From Candidatus Brocadiaceae bacterium (GTDB lineage Bacteria; Planctomycetota; Brocadiia; SM23-32), in the NCBI GenBank assembly GCA_003551305.1, contig PUMJ01000017.1:3232-67231 (forward strand): a stretch of DNA of 64,000 bases, in the 5' to 3' direction. Numbering within the stretch: the first letter of the stretch is position 1; every line of letters begins with the position of its first letter. Shown one piece after another: positions 42,887 through 52,940 of this stretch. Made by a program: the position numbers and the translations under genes. A model generated the notes under the pieces. The model saw only the letters and a list, made by a program, of their open reading frames with translations. It did not search any database and had not been told where the DNA came from.

Positions 42887-44986
42887 TCAACTTGATGAGT
42901 CCAGGCCGAAGCGCACGTCAACCGCCATCACGCCCTTCCCTTCGGGATAGACGAACAGCGGGTTCAGGTCGCATTCGGAGATCTGCGGATAGTACACGCC
43001 GAGCTGTGAGACCCGCAGCAGGCAGTCGGCCAGGGCCTCCAGGTCGGCGCGCGGTTGCCCTCGGAAGCCTTTCAGTATCCGGGCGGCCCTTATCTCCTCG
43101 ATCATCTTCCACGCCTCGCGCTCCGTCAAGGGGGCGACGCGAAAGACGACGTCCTTGAGCACCTCGACGTAGATGCCGCCGAGCCCAAACATGATGACGG
43201 GGCCGAACTGGGGGTCGCGGTTCAACCCGATGATGACCTCCCGGCCGGCAGGGGCGTTCTCCTGCACCAAAACACCCTCGACTGCCGCGTCGGGATCGTA
43301 TTGGCGGGCCGATTCCATGATCTCGCGGAACGCCCGCCGGACTTCCTCTTCGGATTCGAGGTCGAGCTTGACGCCGCCGGCGTCGGACTTGTGCAGTATA
43401 TCGTCGGAGGAGAGCTTCAGCACCAGGGGATAGCCGATGTCGTTGGCGGCTTCGGCGGCGGCGTCCTCGTCGGCGGCGAACTCGCTGCGCGGCAGCGCTA
43501 TGCCGCAGGCGCGCGCGATGCCGCGGGCCTGCCGCTCGCCCAGGGTGTCCCGCCCGCCGCGGCCGGCCTCCTCGATGGTTTCCTCGATGGCCGAATCGTC
43601 GAAATCGTAAGTGGGGGGCTCGTGCAGTTCGCTCTGCAGCCAGTCGCCGTACCGGCACATGGCCCCGAGCGCCATCACGGCGCTGTCGGGATAGTGGAAG
43701 TCTGGCACGCTTTTCTGCTGCAGGACCTTCCAGCCGCCGCTGACCGAGGCGCGCCCCATGAAGGTAGCCAGCACGGGTTTTTCCGTCTTGTCGGCGATCC
43801 GGCCTATGGCGCGTGCCGTCTCGACAACCTCCGTCGAGGTCTGGGGTGTCAGCAGGGCCAGCAGCATGTCCACGTTCTCGTCCTCGGCGATGGCGTCCAG
43901 CGCTGCCTGGTAGCGGTCGGCCTTCGCGTCGCCCAGCACGTCCACCGGGTTCTGCACGGAGGCCTGGGGCGGCAGGCTCTCGTTCAGGGTGCGCATAGTC
44001 TCCTCTGAGAGTTCGGCCATCTGGAGACCTGAGGAGCCGGCGGCGTCGGTGGCGATGATGCCGGGGCCGCCGGCATTCGTCACCACGGCGATGCGGTTGC
44101 CGATGGGCGGTTTCTGTCCGGCAAAGGCGCGTGCGTAGTCGAAGAACTCCCCCACCGTCTCGGCCCGGATGACGCCGCACTGGGCGAAGGCCGCCTCGTA
44201 GGCGGAATCGGACCCTGCCAGGCTGCCGGTATGGCTGCTGGCGGCCCGCGCCCCGGCGCTGGTGCGGCCGCTCTTGAGCATGATGACAGGTTTGACGTGC
44301 GTCACCCGCCGCGCCACGTCCATGAACCTCTGGCCGTCATCTACGCTCTCGACGTAGCCCAGGATGACGCCGGTGCGCTCGTCCTCGCCCAGGGCCTCTA
44401 TCAGGTCGGTCTCGTCCACGTCGGCCTTGTTGCCGTAGCTGATGAAGCGGGACATGCCGATGGCTTCGCCGACGGCCACGTCGAGCACCGCCGTGCCCAG
44501 GGCGCCGGACTGGCTGAAGAAGGCGATGTGGCCCGGCTGCGGCATGGCGGGCCCGAAGGAGGCGTTCATCTTCAGATGCGGGCTCATCACGCCCAGGCAG
44601 TTCGGCCCGATGCAGCGGATGCCGTGCTCGGCGCACTTTTTGGCCAGCTTCCGCTCCAGCTCGGCCCCTTCCTCCCCAGACTCCTTGAAGCCGGCGCTGA
44701 TGATGATGACGGCCCCGATACCCTTCTGCGCGCACTCGTCCAGCACCCCCGGCACGAACTGCGCGGGGATGACGATGACGGCCAGTTCGACCTCGTCCTC
44801 GATATCGGTGACGGCGCCATAGCACTCCAGCCCCAGCACCTCGTCGGCTTTCGGGTTCACGGGGAAGACCTCTCCCTCGAAGCCCTCCTCGACCAGGTTC
44901 TTCACGACGTCATGGCCCACCTTGCCGGGGGTGCGGCTGGCGCCGACTACGGCGATGGATGCCGGTTCAAAGAAGCTCTCAAGCAT
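42887..44986 (-). CDS. ADP-forming acetyl-CoA synthetase (fused alpha/beta, CoA-binding plus ATP-grasp)
   Basis: Starts MLESFFEPASIAVVGASRTPGKVGH (CoA-binding). Succinyl-CoA-synthetase-like ligase-CoA domain with phosphohistidine region (SHTGSLAG); C-terminal ATP-grasp (GYPLVLKLSSDDILHKSDAGGV). Confidence 0.75.
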   Translation of the reverse strand: MLESFFEPASIAVVGASRTPGKVGHDVVKNLVEEGFEGEVFPVNPKADEVLGLECYGAVTDIEDEVELAVIVIPAQFVPGVLDECAQKGIGAVIIISAGFKESGEEGAELERKLAKKCAEHGIRCIGPNCLGVMSPHLKMNASFGPAMPQPGHIAFFSQSGALGTAVLDVAVGEAIGMSRFISYGNKADVDETDLIEALGEDERTGVILGYVESVDDGQRFMDVARRVTHVKPVIMLKSGRTSAGARAASSHTGSLAGSDSAYEAAFAQCGVIRAETVGEFFDYARAFAGQKPPIGNRIAVVTNAGGPGIIATDAAGSSGLQMAELSEETMRTLNESLPPQASVQNPVDVLGDAKADRYQAALDAIAEDENVDMLLALLTPQTSTEVVETARAIGRIADKTEKPVLATFMGRASVSGGWKVLQQKSVPDFHYPDSAVMALGAMCRYGDWLQSELHEPPTYDFDDSAIEETIEEAGRGGRDTLGERQARGIARACGIALPRSEFAADEDAAAEAANDIGYPLVLKLSSDDILHKSDAGGVKLDLESEEEVRRAFREIMESARQYDPDAAVEGVLVQENAPAGREVIIGLNRDPQFGPVIMFGLGGIYVEVLKDVVFRVAPLTEREAWKMIEEIRAARILKGFRGQPRADLEALADCLLRVSQLGVYYPQISECDLNPLFVYPEGKGVMAVDVRFGLDSSS

Positions 44987-45155
44987 GGTGTCTCGCTCCC
45001 GGTGCGCGGAGGTCATTTTCGCAGGACGCGAAGCCGCCCTGTATAACACAACCCAGTTTACCGGGCAACCCCCTAACGATAAAGCGGCATTTGCGCGGAC
45101 ACGGGTTCGCGGGTACCCTTGCCCTGGACAATGGACAAGGCGCAGGAGGGCGAAG

Positions 45156-46064
45156 ATGAATGACGGTTCGACAGGGCGCACCGTGAATCGCGGCGCAACG
45201 ATGCCGGTGCTGCACGTCAGGGGCCGGGACCTCCCCGAAGCCTGGGAGAAGGCCGTGCTGGCCGTCTGGGACAACGGCGTCGAGGTCAAGACCGAGTATG
45301 ACAAACCGGATGCCAGGCCGAGCCTGGACGCCACGGTGACCGTGGAGGTGACCGACCCGATGGCCGAACCACGCATCCACAAGAACTTTCCCGGCGGACC
45401 GACCGAACTGGAAGCCTACCGCCAGGAGGTCGTCGAGGGCATTCACGACCACTGGATCAACCCCGCCGAGGGCAAGTGGACCTACACCTACCACGAGCGC
45501 CTGTTTGCGTACAGGCCGGTCGTGGACCTGCTCGACCCCTCCCGCGGGCCGCAGTTCCCGCCCGTCAACCAGGTCCAGTACATGATCGAGAAGCTGGCCG
45601 ACGTGCCCTACAGCCGTCGCGCCCAGGCGGTGACCTGGATGCCCCACTGCGACCCCGGCACAGACGACCCCCCCTGCCTGCAGCGGCTGTGGGCGCGGCT
45701 GCTGAGCGGCGCGGACGGCTTCGCCCTCATCATGAACGCCCACTGGCGCTCGCGCGACCTGCTGCTGGCCTGGTTCATGAACGCCTACGCTCTCACCGAC
45801 CTGCAGCGCATCATCGCCGGGCGCCTGGCCGACATGCTGGGCCGGCCCGTGCGCTGCGGCCGCTACGTGGACGTCTCCGACTCCCTGCACATCTACGGCA
45901 ATTACCGCAACGAAGACTGGGAGAGCGAGGTTCAGAAGATGCGCACCTCCCCCTACACCGAGCGCGCCTGGGAGACGTCGGTCCTGGAGCCGATGTTCGA
46001 GGAGGCCCGTCGCAACCTGGCCGAGGACCCCGACCACTACGCCCGCGGCGACCGCCGCGCGTAG
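45156..46064 (+). CDS. Thymidylate synthase (ThyA) family protein, divergent
   Basis: ATG at 45156 with AGGAGGG SD. Aligns by eye to E. coli ThyA: PYSRRAQAVTW vs DSRRIIVSAWN; PPCLQRLWARL vs APCHAFFQFYV (catalytic Cys); NAHWRSRDLLLAW vs QLYQRSCDVFLGL; SDSLHIYGNY vs GDTHLYSNH. Confidence 0.55.
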   Translation: MNDGSTGRTVNRGATMPVLHVRGRDLPEAWEKAVLAVWDNGVEVKTEYDKPDARPSLDATVTVEVTDPMAEPRIHKNFPGGPTELEAYRQEVVEGIHDHWINPAEGKWTYTYHERLFAYRPVVDLLDPSRGPQFPPVNQVQYMIEKLADVPYSRRAQAVTWMPHCDPGTDDPPCLQRLWARLLSGADGFALIMNAHWRSRDLLLAWFMNAYALTDLQRIIAGRLADMLGRPVRCGRYVDVSDSLHIYGNYRNEDWESEVQKMRTSPYTERAWETSVLEPMFEEARRNLAEDPDHYARGDRRA

Positions 46065-46497
46065 CCGTCTGCGGGGGCCGGGCTGCCGAGCACGATAACG
46101 CTCCGCGCCCTCCCGGGTGGCAAACCCGCCGTTGGCCCCGGCGGCAACTCCTGCTAAACTACGTGTCTGACGCAAGGCTCGCGACGGGCAATCCCGCGAC
46201 GCCCCGACCACGGGGCGAGCCGGGAGAGACGAGATAAAGGCGGCAAGGTGGCTGTGGCCGGCATGTTGCGCGGTGACAATCCTCACAGTCCTGACCGGCA
46301 CGGCCCGCATGAGTGCAACGATCGCGCCGGCGTCTGCACCGTGGACGCGCCGCGGGTCGGGCGTAAACCCGCTGAACATAGACAATTGCCACTCCCCGTC
46401 GGGTGGGCGCCATGTCCCCGCAGAGTAAGCAGAATACCCTGATCTCCGCCCCTGCCCGCGCTGCCGTGGGCATCTCTCCCCCCTAACGGGACCGGCC

Positions 46498-48000
46498 ATG
46501 ACGCTGTCCATGTCCGAGATCGAGTCGGTGGTGCAGGACTTGAAGCCGCGCCTGGAGGGCGGTCGCATCGAACGCATTGACCAGCCCGAGCCGGACCGGC
46601 TCATCCTCACCATCAGGAACCGGGGGGAGCTCTACTGGCTGCTCATCAGCGCGCATCGGCAGTTCAGCCGGCTCCACCTGCTGACCACCCGGCCCCCACA
46701 GGGCGAACCGGCCGCCGGTTTCTGCAACGCCGTGCGCCAGCACCTGACGGGCGCGCCCGTGGCGGCGCTGCGGCAGGTGCCCCGGGACCGCATCGTTGTC
46801 CTCGAGTCGGCCGAGCGGGACAAGCTGATGAAGCCGCACAGGGTGAGCCTGGTGGCGGAGCTGATGGGGGTCGGCAGCAATCTGATACTGCTGGACGAGG
46901 ACGACCGCGTGCTCGCCTCCCTGGTGCGGGAGGACAGCGACCGGCGCCGCCTGGTGCCCGGCGCCCGCTATGAGCCGCCGGAACTGCCGCCGGATCTGCC
47001 CGAGGCGGCGTTCCGCAACCGATTCGCCGATGCCGTCGAGCCCGACGACCCCCTCTCGCTCAGCCGGGCCATCATGGCGGTATACGCCGGCGAGGAAGTC
47101 GAGGAGCGGGTCGAGTCCCTGCGGGAGGAGGTCGGGGCGGCCGTCCGCCAGACCCGCCGGCGCCTGCAGAGGCGGCTGCGCAAGATAGCCGAGCAGCGCG
47201 AGCGCGCCGAGCGGGCCGATGACTGGCGCCGCAGGGGCGAGTTGCTCAAGATTGCCCTGCCCCACATCCGCAGGGGCCAGGAGGAGGTGGTCGTCGAGGA
47301 CCTGTTCGAGCCGGACAGGCCGCAGGTCACCGTCCCCCTGGACCCGAGGCTGAGCCCGACGGAGAACATGCGCGCCTGCTTTGAGCGCTACAAGAAGGCC
47401 CTCGCCGGACAGGAGCAACTGGCCCGGCGGGAGGAAGAGACCCGGCGGCGTCTTGAACGGGTGCGCCGCCTGGCCGCACGCGTGGAGGCGGCCGAAAACG
47501 CCGACGAGTTGAAGAAACTGAAACAGGAGAGCCGCCAGGCAGGCGTCGTCTATCCCGAGGACAGGCCCGAGCGCCGGCCGGAGGCACGCCGGGGGCCGCG
47601 CGAGTTCCTCTCCGCCGACGGACTACGGATACTGGTGGCCCGCAACAGCAAAGAGAACGAACGGCTGACCTTCACCATCGCGCACGGGAATGACTACTGG
47701 CTGCACGTGCGCGGCTGGCCCGGCCCCCACGTGGTCGTCCGCACGCCCCGGGGCGGGCAAATGCCCCAGGAAACACTGCTCGACGCCGCCCACCTGGCCA
47801 TACACTACTCGCGCATCCGGGGCACCGACTACGCCGAGGTGGCCTACACGCAGGTCAAACACGTCCGTCGCCTGAAGGGCGCCCCCACCGGGCAGGTCAG
47901 CTACTCGAACGAGTCCGTGCTGGCCGTCCGCTTCGAAAAGGGCCGGCTGGAAAGGCTCATGCGCAGCCGGGAGAGGACAGGCCACACCGCGGGCGAATGA
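46498..48000 (+). CDS. rqcH: Ribosome quality-control protein RqcH (NFACT family; FbpA-like)
   Basis: NFACT-N domain at the N-terminus, central coiled-coil, C-terminal NFACT-R/DUF814 (GWPGPHVVVR). Confidence 0.7.
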   Translation: MTLSMSEIESVVQDLKPRLEGGRIERIDQPEPDRLILTIRNRGELYWLLISAHRQFSRLHLLTTRPPQGEPAAGFCNAVRQHLTGAPVAALRQVPRDRIVVLESAERDKLMKPHRVSLVAELMGVGSNLILLDEDDRVLASLVREDSDRRRLVPGARYEPPELPPDLPEAAFRNRFADAVEPDDPLSLSRAIMAVYAGEEVEERVESLREEVGAAVRQTRRRLQRRLRKIAEQRERAERADDWRRRGELLKIALPHIRRGQEEVVVEDLFEPDRPQVTVPLDPRLSPTENMRACFERYKKALAGQEQLARREEETRRRLERVRRLAARVEAAENADELKKLKQESRQAGVVYPEDRPERRPEARRGPREFLSADGLRILVARNSKENERLTFTIAHGNDYWLHVRGWPGPHVVVRTPRGGQMPQETLLDAAHLAIHYSRIRGTDYAEVAYTQVKHVRRLKGAPTGQVSYSNESVLAVRFEKGRLERLMRSRERTGHTAGE

Positions 48001-48119
48001 GGCATCGCTTGCCCCCACGCAACGGCTACCGGGCCCCGGATGCCTCGTGGCGCCGCAGGGCGGACCTGCCGTGACAGGCCTGCCGCCCCGCGGTCATTGC
48101 GCGCCGGACAACCCGGCAG

Positions 48120-49190
48120 TCAGCGGCTGAAGTGGAAGGTGATCACGTCACCGTCCTGTACCTCGTAGTCCTTGCCCTCCATGCGCAGCCTGCCGGCGCT
48201 GCGGGCGTCCTTGAGCGATCCGCACTCGAGCAGGTCCTCACAGCCGATAACCTCGGCGCGGATGAAACCGACTTCCATGTCGCTGTGGACCTTGCCGGCC
48301 GCGTCCGGTGCGACGGCCCCGGCCTCCACCGTCCAGGCGCGCAGTTGCCCGTGCACGTGCGTGAAGAACGTCCTGAGGTCGAGGAGGTTGTAGCAGGCAC
48401 GGATGACGCGGCCCGCGGCGGGCCGCTCCAGCCCGGACTCCTCGAGGAACAATTCCCGATCCTCCTGATCCTCAAGTTCCATGATCTCCATCTCGAGTTC
48501 AGCGCAGATGGGGATCGGTGGGGGCTGGACGCCTTCGAGCCGGGGCTCGCGCCCTATCCGGTCCTCCCCGATGTTCAACAGGCAGAGGCGCGGCTTGAGC
48601 GTCAGGAAGGAATAGTTCCTCAACGTCTTGCGGTGGGCGGGGTTGAGGGCCAGTTCGCCGAGGCTGCGTTCCTGTTCGACGGCCGCCCGGCAGCGTTCGA
48701 GCACGTCCTTTTCCTTTTGCAGGGCTTCCCGCTCCGGCGTCGCCTTGCGCAGGTCCACCTCCAGGGATTCCAGGCGTCTCTCGATCACCTGCAGGTCGGC
48801 CAGCAGCATCTCCTCGACCATTGCGCGTCGCTCGCGCTCCGGGGCGACTTCGCCGAGAGGCGCCGGCACGAACGGCGACTCGAAGCACCGCAGCACCATC
48901 AGGATGGCGTCCGTCTCCCGCAGCGCCGCCACGGCCTGCCCGCTCTGGTCACCGCCGGTCAGGTGCCGGAACACCCCCCCGATGTCTTCGAACTGGATGG
49001 TGGCCGGCGTGACCTGGTCAGGCTCGAGGAGTGCGGCCAGCGCCTCGAGGCGCTCGTCCGGCACCTGTACGACGCTGACGGAGACGTGCTGGCCCGGGTG
49101 GAAGCCCCCGACCTCTCCGTGCGCGCCGGTCAGGGCGTTGAAGACCGTGGTGACACCGGCTTGAGGCAGGCCGACTATGCCGATTCTCAT
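48120..49190 (-). CDS. ychF: Ribosome-binding ATPase YchF
   Basis: Starts MRIGIVGLPQAGVTTVFNALT (G1 motif); TGS domain at the C-terminus. ATG at 49190. Confidence 0.85.
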   Translation of the reverse strand: MRIGIVGLPQAGVTTVFNALTGAHGEVGGFHPGQHVSVSVVQVPDERLEALAALLEPDQVTPATIQFEDIGGVFRHLTGGDQSGQAVAALRETDAILMVLRCFESPFVPAPLGEVAPERERRAMVEEMLLADLQVIERRLESLEVDLRKATPEREALQKEKDVLERCRAAVEQERSLGELALNPAHRKTLRNYSFLTLKPRLCLLNIGEDRIGREPRLEGVQPPPIPICAELEMEIMELEDQEDRELFLEESGLERPAAGRVIRACYNLLDLRTFFTHVHGQLRAWTVEAGAVAPDAAGKVHSDMEVGFIRAEVIGCEDLLECGSLKDARSAGRLRMEGKDYEVQDGDVITFHFSR

Positions 49191-49591
49191 CGTCCCGGCT
49201 CCCCGTTGGCCCTTGTCGCAGATTCCGATGACAGCATACCATGGCCGGGCTCCGGCGGCAAGGCTCCTGTCGCGTGCGCCCCTCCGCCACTGGAAGCGTG
49301 GGCGACGTGACGCCGGCTCCCGCCGAACACGTGTCGAAAACCACCATCGGACCGTGCCCCTGAGGGCGGAGTCCGTCTTGACGGGCCGGCGGGGCTGTGA
49401 TAGCATAGCCGGTACAGATGGGCGTGGTAACTTTTGTCGGTATAAGCCCCGTCCGGACATTATTTTATGCCGCAGAGACGTGCCGTGCGGTTCGGATCGG
49501 GGGCCGCGGCTATCACTTGCGAGGGCTGCCTCGATGCCACGTTCGCCGGGGTTGCCGGAATGGCAGATGGGGGTCGTGAGAACACCTGCCC

Positions 49592-50359
49592 GTGAAAATA
49601 CTTCTGACAAATGATGACGGTCCGTTCGCGGAGGGACTTTGCGCAATGCGGTCCGCCCTGGCGGACCTGGGCGAGGTGACGGTCGTCTGCCCGGATGCGG
49701 AGAGAAGCGGCGTCGGGCATGCCATAACCTGCCTCTTGCCGGTGCGGGCCCAGCGCATCCGCCTGGCCGACGGCGCCCGGGCGACGGTGCTGACGGGCAC
49801 GCCCGCGGATTGCGTCAAGTTCGCCCTGCTGCGGTTGATGGACCCGCCGCCCGGGCTGGTGGTCAGCGGCCCCAACCTGGGCACGAACGCAGGCGTTGAC
49901 ATGTTCTACAGCGGCACGCTGGCGGCGGCCCTGGAGGGGGGCTTTTACGGCGTCAGGTCGGTGGCTATCTCCTGTTCCCGGGAGAATTTGGAGCGGATGG
50001 ACCGCGCCGTCGAGCAGGCGATGCGGGTGCTGCGGAGCCTGCTGGAGCGCTGGCCGGAGTCCACGCGCGTCTTCAACGTCAATATCCCGTTGCTGGACGG
50101 CGCCGAGCCGGAGGTGCGCCTCGTGCGGCAAAACGGCGTCTTCCCGCGCGGTGGTTTCTCGGTCAGCCGGGATTCGCGCGGCCGCACGCACTACTGGCTG
50201 GACTCGGGCGAAGACGAGGACCCGCCGTCGGCCGATTCGGACGAAGGCGCCCTGGCCGCCGGCCACATCACCGTGACCCCCCTGCGGCTGGACCTGACGG
50301 ACCACGAGGCCCTGCGCCGATTGCGTGCCGCGGCCGGCGCCCCGGCCGGCGGCGAATAA
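49592..50359 (+). CDS. surE: 5'/3'-nucleotidase SurE
   Basis: MKILLTNDDG...GVGHAIT are SurE signature motifs. GTG start. Confidence 0.85.
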   Translation: MKILLTNDDGPFAEGLCAMRSALADLGEVTVVCPDAERSGVGHAITCLLPVRAQRIRLADGARATVLTGTPADCVKFALLRLMDPPPGLVVSGPNLGTNAGVDMFYSGTLAAALEGGFYGVRSVAISCSRENLERMDRAVEQAMRVLRSLLERWPESTRVFNVNIPLLDGAEPEVRLVRQNGVFPRGGFSVSRDSRGRTHYWLDSGEDEDPPSADSDEGALAAGHITVTPLRLDLTDHEALRRLRAAAGAPAGGE

Positions 50360-50373
50360 CGGAGGAGGAGGCG

Positions 50374-50844
50374 ATGATGAGGTATATCGGCCTGATTCTG
50401 GCTGTCGGCCTGGTGGTAGCCCTGGCGTTCGGGGCCGGCTGTTCCTGCGAGGATCCGCAGGCTGCGGACCCCGAGCAGCGCGTCGTGACCGTGCCGGAGC
50501 CCGAGCCACAGCCATCCGCTGAGGCCGAGCCGGCCGAGCAACAGCAGCGCGAACGGGCCGACAGGGAGCGCCAGGTGGGCGAGAGCGTCCTGCACGCCCC
50601 CGCCGACTACCTTCGCACAACAACCGTGCTCGCCCCCCGGGCGGCACGCCGACGGGTGAACCTGGCCCAGTTGCAGAACGAGATCGAACGCTTCTGGGGC
50701 CTGGAGGGGCGTTACCCCCAATCACTGGAGGAGCTGGAACAATGGCGCGAGGCTGAACTCCCCGAAATCCCGGCAGGTTACGAGTTCGACTACGATCCGT
50801 CCAGCGGCCAGCTGGATCTGGTGCGTACCCAACAGCAACAGTAG
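50374..50844 (+). CDS. Hypothetical lipoprotein with an acidic/Pro-rich linker
   Basis: Signal peptide plus lipobox (LAFGAGC); low-complexity EPEPQP region. No recognised domain. Confidence 0.4.
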   Translation: MMRYIGLILAVGLVVALAFGAGCSCEDPQAADPEQRVVTVPEPEPQPSAEAEPAEQQQRERADRERQVGESVLHAPADYLRTTTVLAPRAARRRVNLAQLQNEIERFWGLEGRYPQSLEELEQWREAELPEIPAGYEFDYDPSSGQLDLVRTQQQQ

Positions 50845-50884
50845 AGCCGCTCACCACCTAAACTCGCACCTTTGGAGCAGCACC

Positions 50885-51832
50885 ATGTCAGCCAGCCACG
50901 CAGAAGACCCCGTCGGTGTAGGTATTGTCGGAGCAAACCCCTGGAGCGGCACGGGCCTGGCGGCGGAGATGCCCGGCGGCGATCGGTTCCAGGTGGTCGG
51001 CTGGACCGATGAGGGGCTCAAAACCCCCCATGGCCAGCCGGAAGGCATCCCATGCTATCCCGACTACAACATGCTGCTGGAGGACTCGGCCGTCGAACTG
51101 GTCGTAGTCGAGGGGCCGCTGGAGCGGCGGCGCGACCTGGCCGTGCGCGCCCTCAACGCCGGACGTAACGTCCTGCTGCAGGAGCCTTTCTGCGAGACCG
51201 CCCTCGACGGCGAGCGGGTGATGAAGACGGCCTTCCATACCGGCCTGATTGCCACAATGCAGATGCCCTGGCGGGACGAGCCGGACCTGCGGGCCCTGCA
51301 GCACGCCCTCCGGCAGGAGAACCTTGACCAGGTGCACGGTTTGCACATGTTCTGGGCGCCTCCGGCGGATGAGCCCGCGCCCGCCGAAGGGCTGTTGGCC
51401 GAGCGTGCCTTTCCCTTGCTGGATCAGGTCAACATGGTTGTGCGGCAGGACGTAGGTGAAATCCGCACGCACCCGTTGCGGCCGGCGCCCGAGCAGCCGG
51501 ATACAGGCTTCACCCTCTACCTCTCGCTGCGCGGGGGCGGCTGCGCCGTGGTCCAGGCCGCCGGGGCCCGTATCGAGGAGGTGCCCGGCTGGCTGGTGAC
51601 CACCAGGGGCGCCACCATCGCCGTGCGGGACGGCGTGGCCCGTGTGGCAGCCGGGGAGCAGCGGCGCGAATACGCCGCCCCCGGCGAGGCCCAGGATTTC
51701 TGGGAAAACCTGCGCGCCGCCGTACGGGACGGCACCGAGCTCAAGTGTCACTCCGTTGACATAGTCCGGGCCATGAAGCTCCACGAGGCCGCCCTCGAGT
51801 CGGCCGAGACCGGGCGGGCGGCGGTCATCTGA
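50885..51832 (+). CDS. Gfo/Idh/MocA-like oxidoreductase (putative)
   Basis: N-terminal GIVGANPWSG Rossmann-like motif and overall size and fold pattern. Weak assignment. Confidence 0.4.
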   Translation: MSASHAEDPVGVGIVGANPWSGTGLAAEMPGGDRFQVVGWTDEGLKTPHGQPEGIPCYPDYNMLLEDSAVELVVVEGPLERRRDLAVRALNAGRNVLLQEPFCETALDGERVMKTAFHTGLIATMQMPWRDEPDLRALQHALRQENLDQVHGLHMFWAPPADEPAPAEGLLAERAFPLLDQVNMVVRQDVGEIRTHPLRPAPEQPDTGFTLYLSLRGGGCAVVQAAGARIEEVPGWLVTTRGATIAVRDGVARVAAGEQRREYAAPGEAQDFWENLRAAVRDGTELKCHSVDIVRAMKLHEAALESAETGRAAVI

Positions 51833-52001
51833 CCGGGAGGCCCCGCTTTTTTCTCCGCCCCATTCCCGCGGTTCCAGTGCGCGGTCGGCCCCTCGCAGCC
51901 CGCCTGCAGCGGCTTTTCGCCCCTTTCAGCCGCCTGCGGCACCCCGCGGCCCCTCCCGACGTTGAACTCCGCCGGCGCCCCTGATTAGCATCCTCCCGAA
52001 C

Positions 52002-52017
52002 GTTTCACGTGAAACAC
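52002..52017. promoter_or_regulatory. parS site (GTTTCACGTGAAACAC)
   Basis: 15/16 match to the consensus tGTTTCACGTGAAACa, 14 bp upstream of the parB start. Confidence 0.85.
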
Positions 52018-52030
52018 AGGAGGAACGCTC

Positions 52031-52912
52031 GTGGCTGAAAGAAGACGTTTGGGACGGGGGCTGGACGCGCTGATACCCGCCGAGGAGGCCGAAAGCGCCC
52101 CGGCCGGGGAAGTGCGCGAGGTGGAACTGAGCCGGATCGAGTTGAACCCGAAACAGCCCCGGCTGGAGGTGGACCGGGAGGAACTGGAGAGCCTGGCCGA
52201 CTCGGTGCGCTCTTCCGGGGTGATACAGCCCGTGCTGGTGCGCCCGGCCGGGGAGATGTTCGAACTCGTCTGCGGGGAACGCCGCCTGCGCGCCGCCCGC
52301 ATGGCCGGGCAGGACAGGATACCCGCCATCGTCCGCGACGTGCCGGACGAGAAGATGCTCGAGCTGGCCCTGATCGAGAACATCCAGCGGCATGACCTGA
52401 ACCCCATCGAGAAAGCACGCGGGGTGCGCCGCATGATCTCCGAGCTGGAACTGACCCAGGAGGAGGCCGGCCGCCGGCTGGGGCTGAACCGCTCGACCGT
52501 AGCCAACATGCTGCGGCTGCTGGAACTGTCCGATGAGCTGCAGGCGATGGTTTCACGTGGAACACTGAGTGCAGGGCACGCGCGCGCCCTGCTGGCGGTC
52601 GAAGACGAGGCCCGCCGCGCCCGCCTGGCGACGCTCATCGCCGAGAAGGGCATGTCCGTGCGCGAGGCCGAGCGGATGGCGGCCGACGGCCGCGACGGCC
52701 ACAAGACCACGAAACTGACCCGGCCCTCGCCGAACGTCGTGCAACTGGAGGAGCGACTGTCGGAGGCGCTCGGGACGAAAGTTGAGGTAAAGCCCCGCCG
52801 GCGAGGGGGTAAGATCGTGGTCCACTTCACGGACAACGACGACTTCGAGCGCCTCTTCGAGGAACTCGCGGGCCAGTCCTCCTTCGACTACCCGCGCAAA
52901 GTCCCCGCCTGA
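52031..52912 (+). CDS. parB: Chromosome partitioning protein ParB/Spo0J
   Basis: GRGLDALI, the ParB box GERRLRAA and an HTH region. GTG start. Confidence 0.85.
   Translation: MAERRRLGRGLDALIPAEEAESAPAGEVREVELSRIELNPKQPRLEVDREELESLADSVRSSGVIQPVLVRPAGEMFELVCGERRLRAARMAGQDRIPAIVRDVPDEKMLELALIENIQRHDLNPIEKARGVRRMISELELTQEEAGRRLGLNRSTVANMLRLLELSDELQAMVSRGTLSAGHARALLAVEDEARRARLATLIAEKGMSVREAERMAADGRDGHKTTKLTRPSPNVVQLEERLSEALGTKVEVKPRRRGGKIVVHFTDNDDFERLFEELAGQSSFDYPRKVPA
52550..52565. promoter_or_regulatory. parS-like site within parB (GTTTCACGTGGAACAC)
   Basis: One mismatch to the palindromic consensus. Intragenic parS sites within parB are common. Confidence 0.6.
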
Positions 52913-52925
52913 ACAGCGCCGGGGC

Positions 52926-52940
52926 GTTTCACGTGGAACA
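52926..52940. promoter_or_regulatory. parS-like site downstream of parB (GTTTCACGTGGAACA)
   Basis: One mismatch to the consensus, 14 bp after the parB stop. Confidence 0.6.

Noticed and set aside
46065-46497. tmRNA, SRP RNA or RNase P RNA in the large intergenic gap
   Set aside because: I looked for the tmRNA 5' GGGGCUGAUUCUGGAUUCGACGGG and an ANDENYALAA-type tag frame, the SRP domain IV GGAAGCAGCCAAGG, and the RNase P P4 AGUCCGGGC. None is present.
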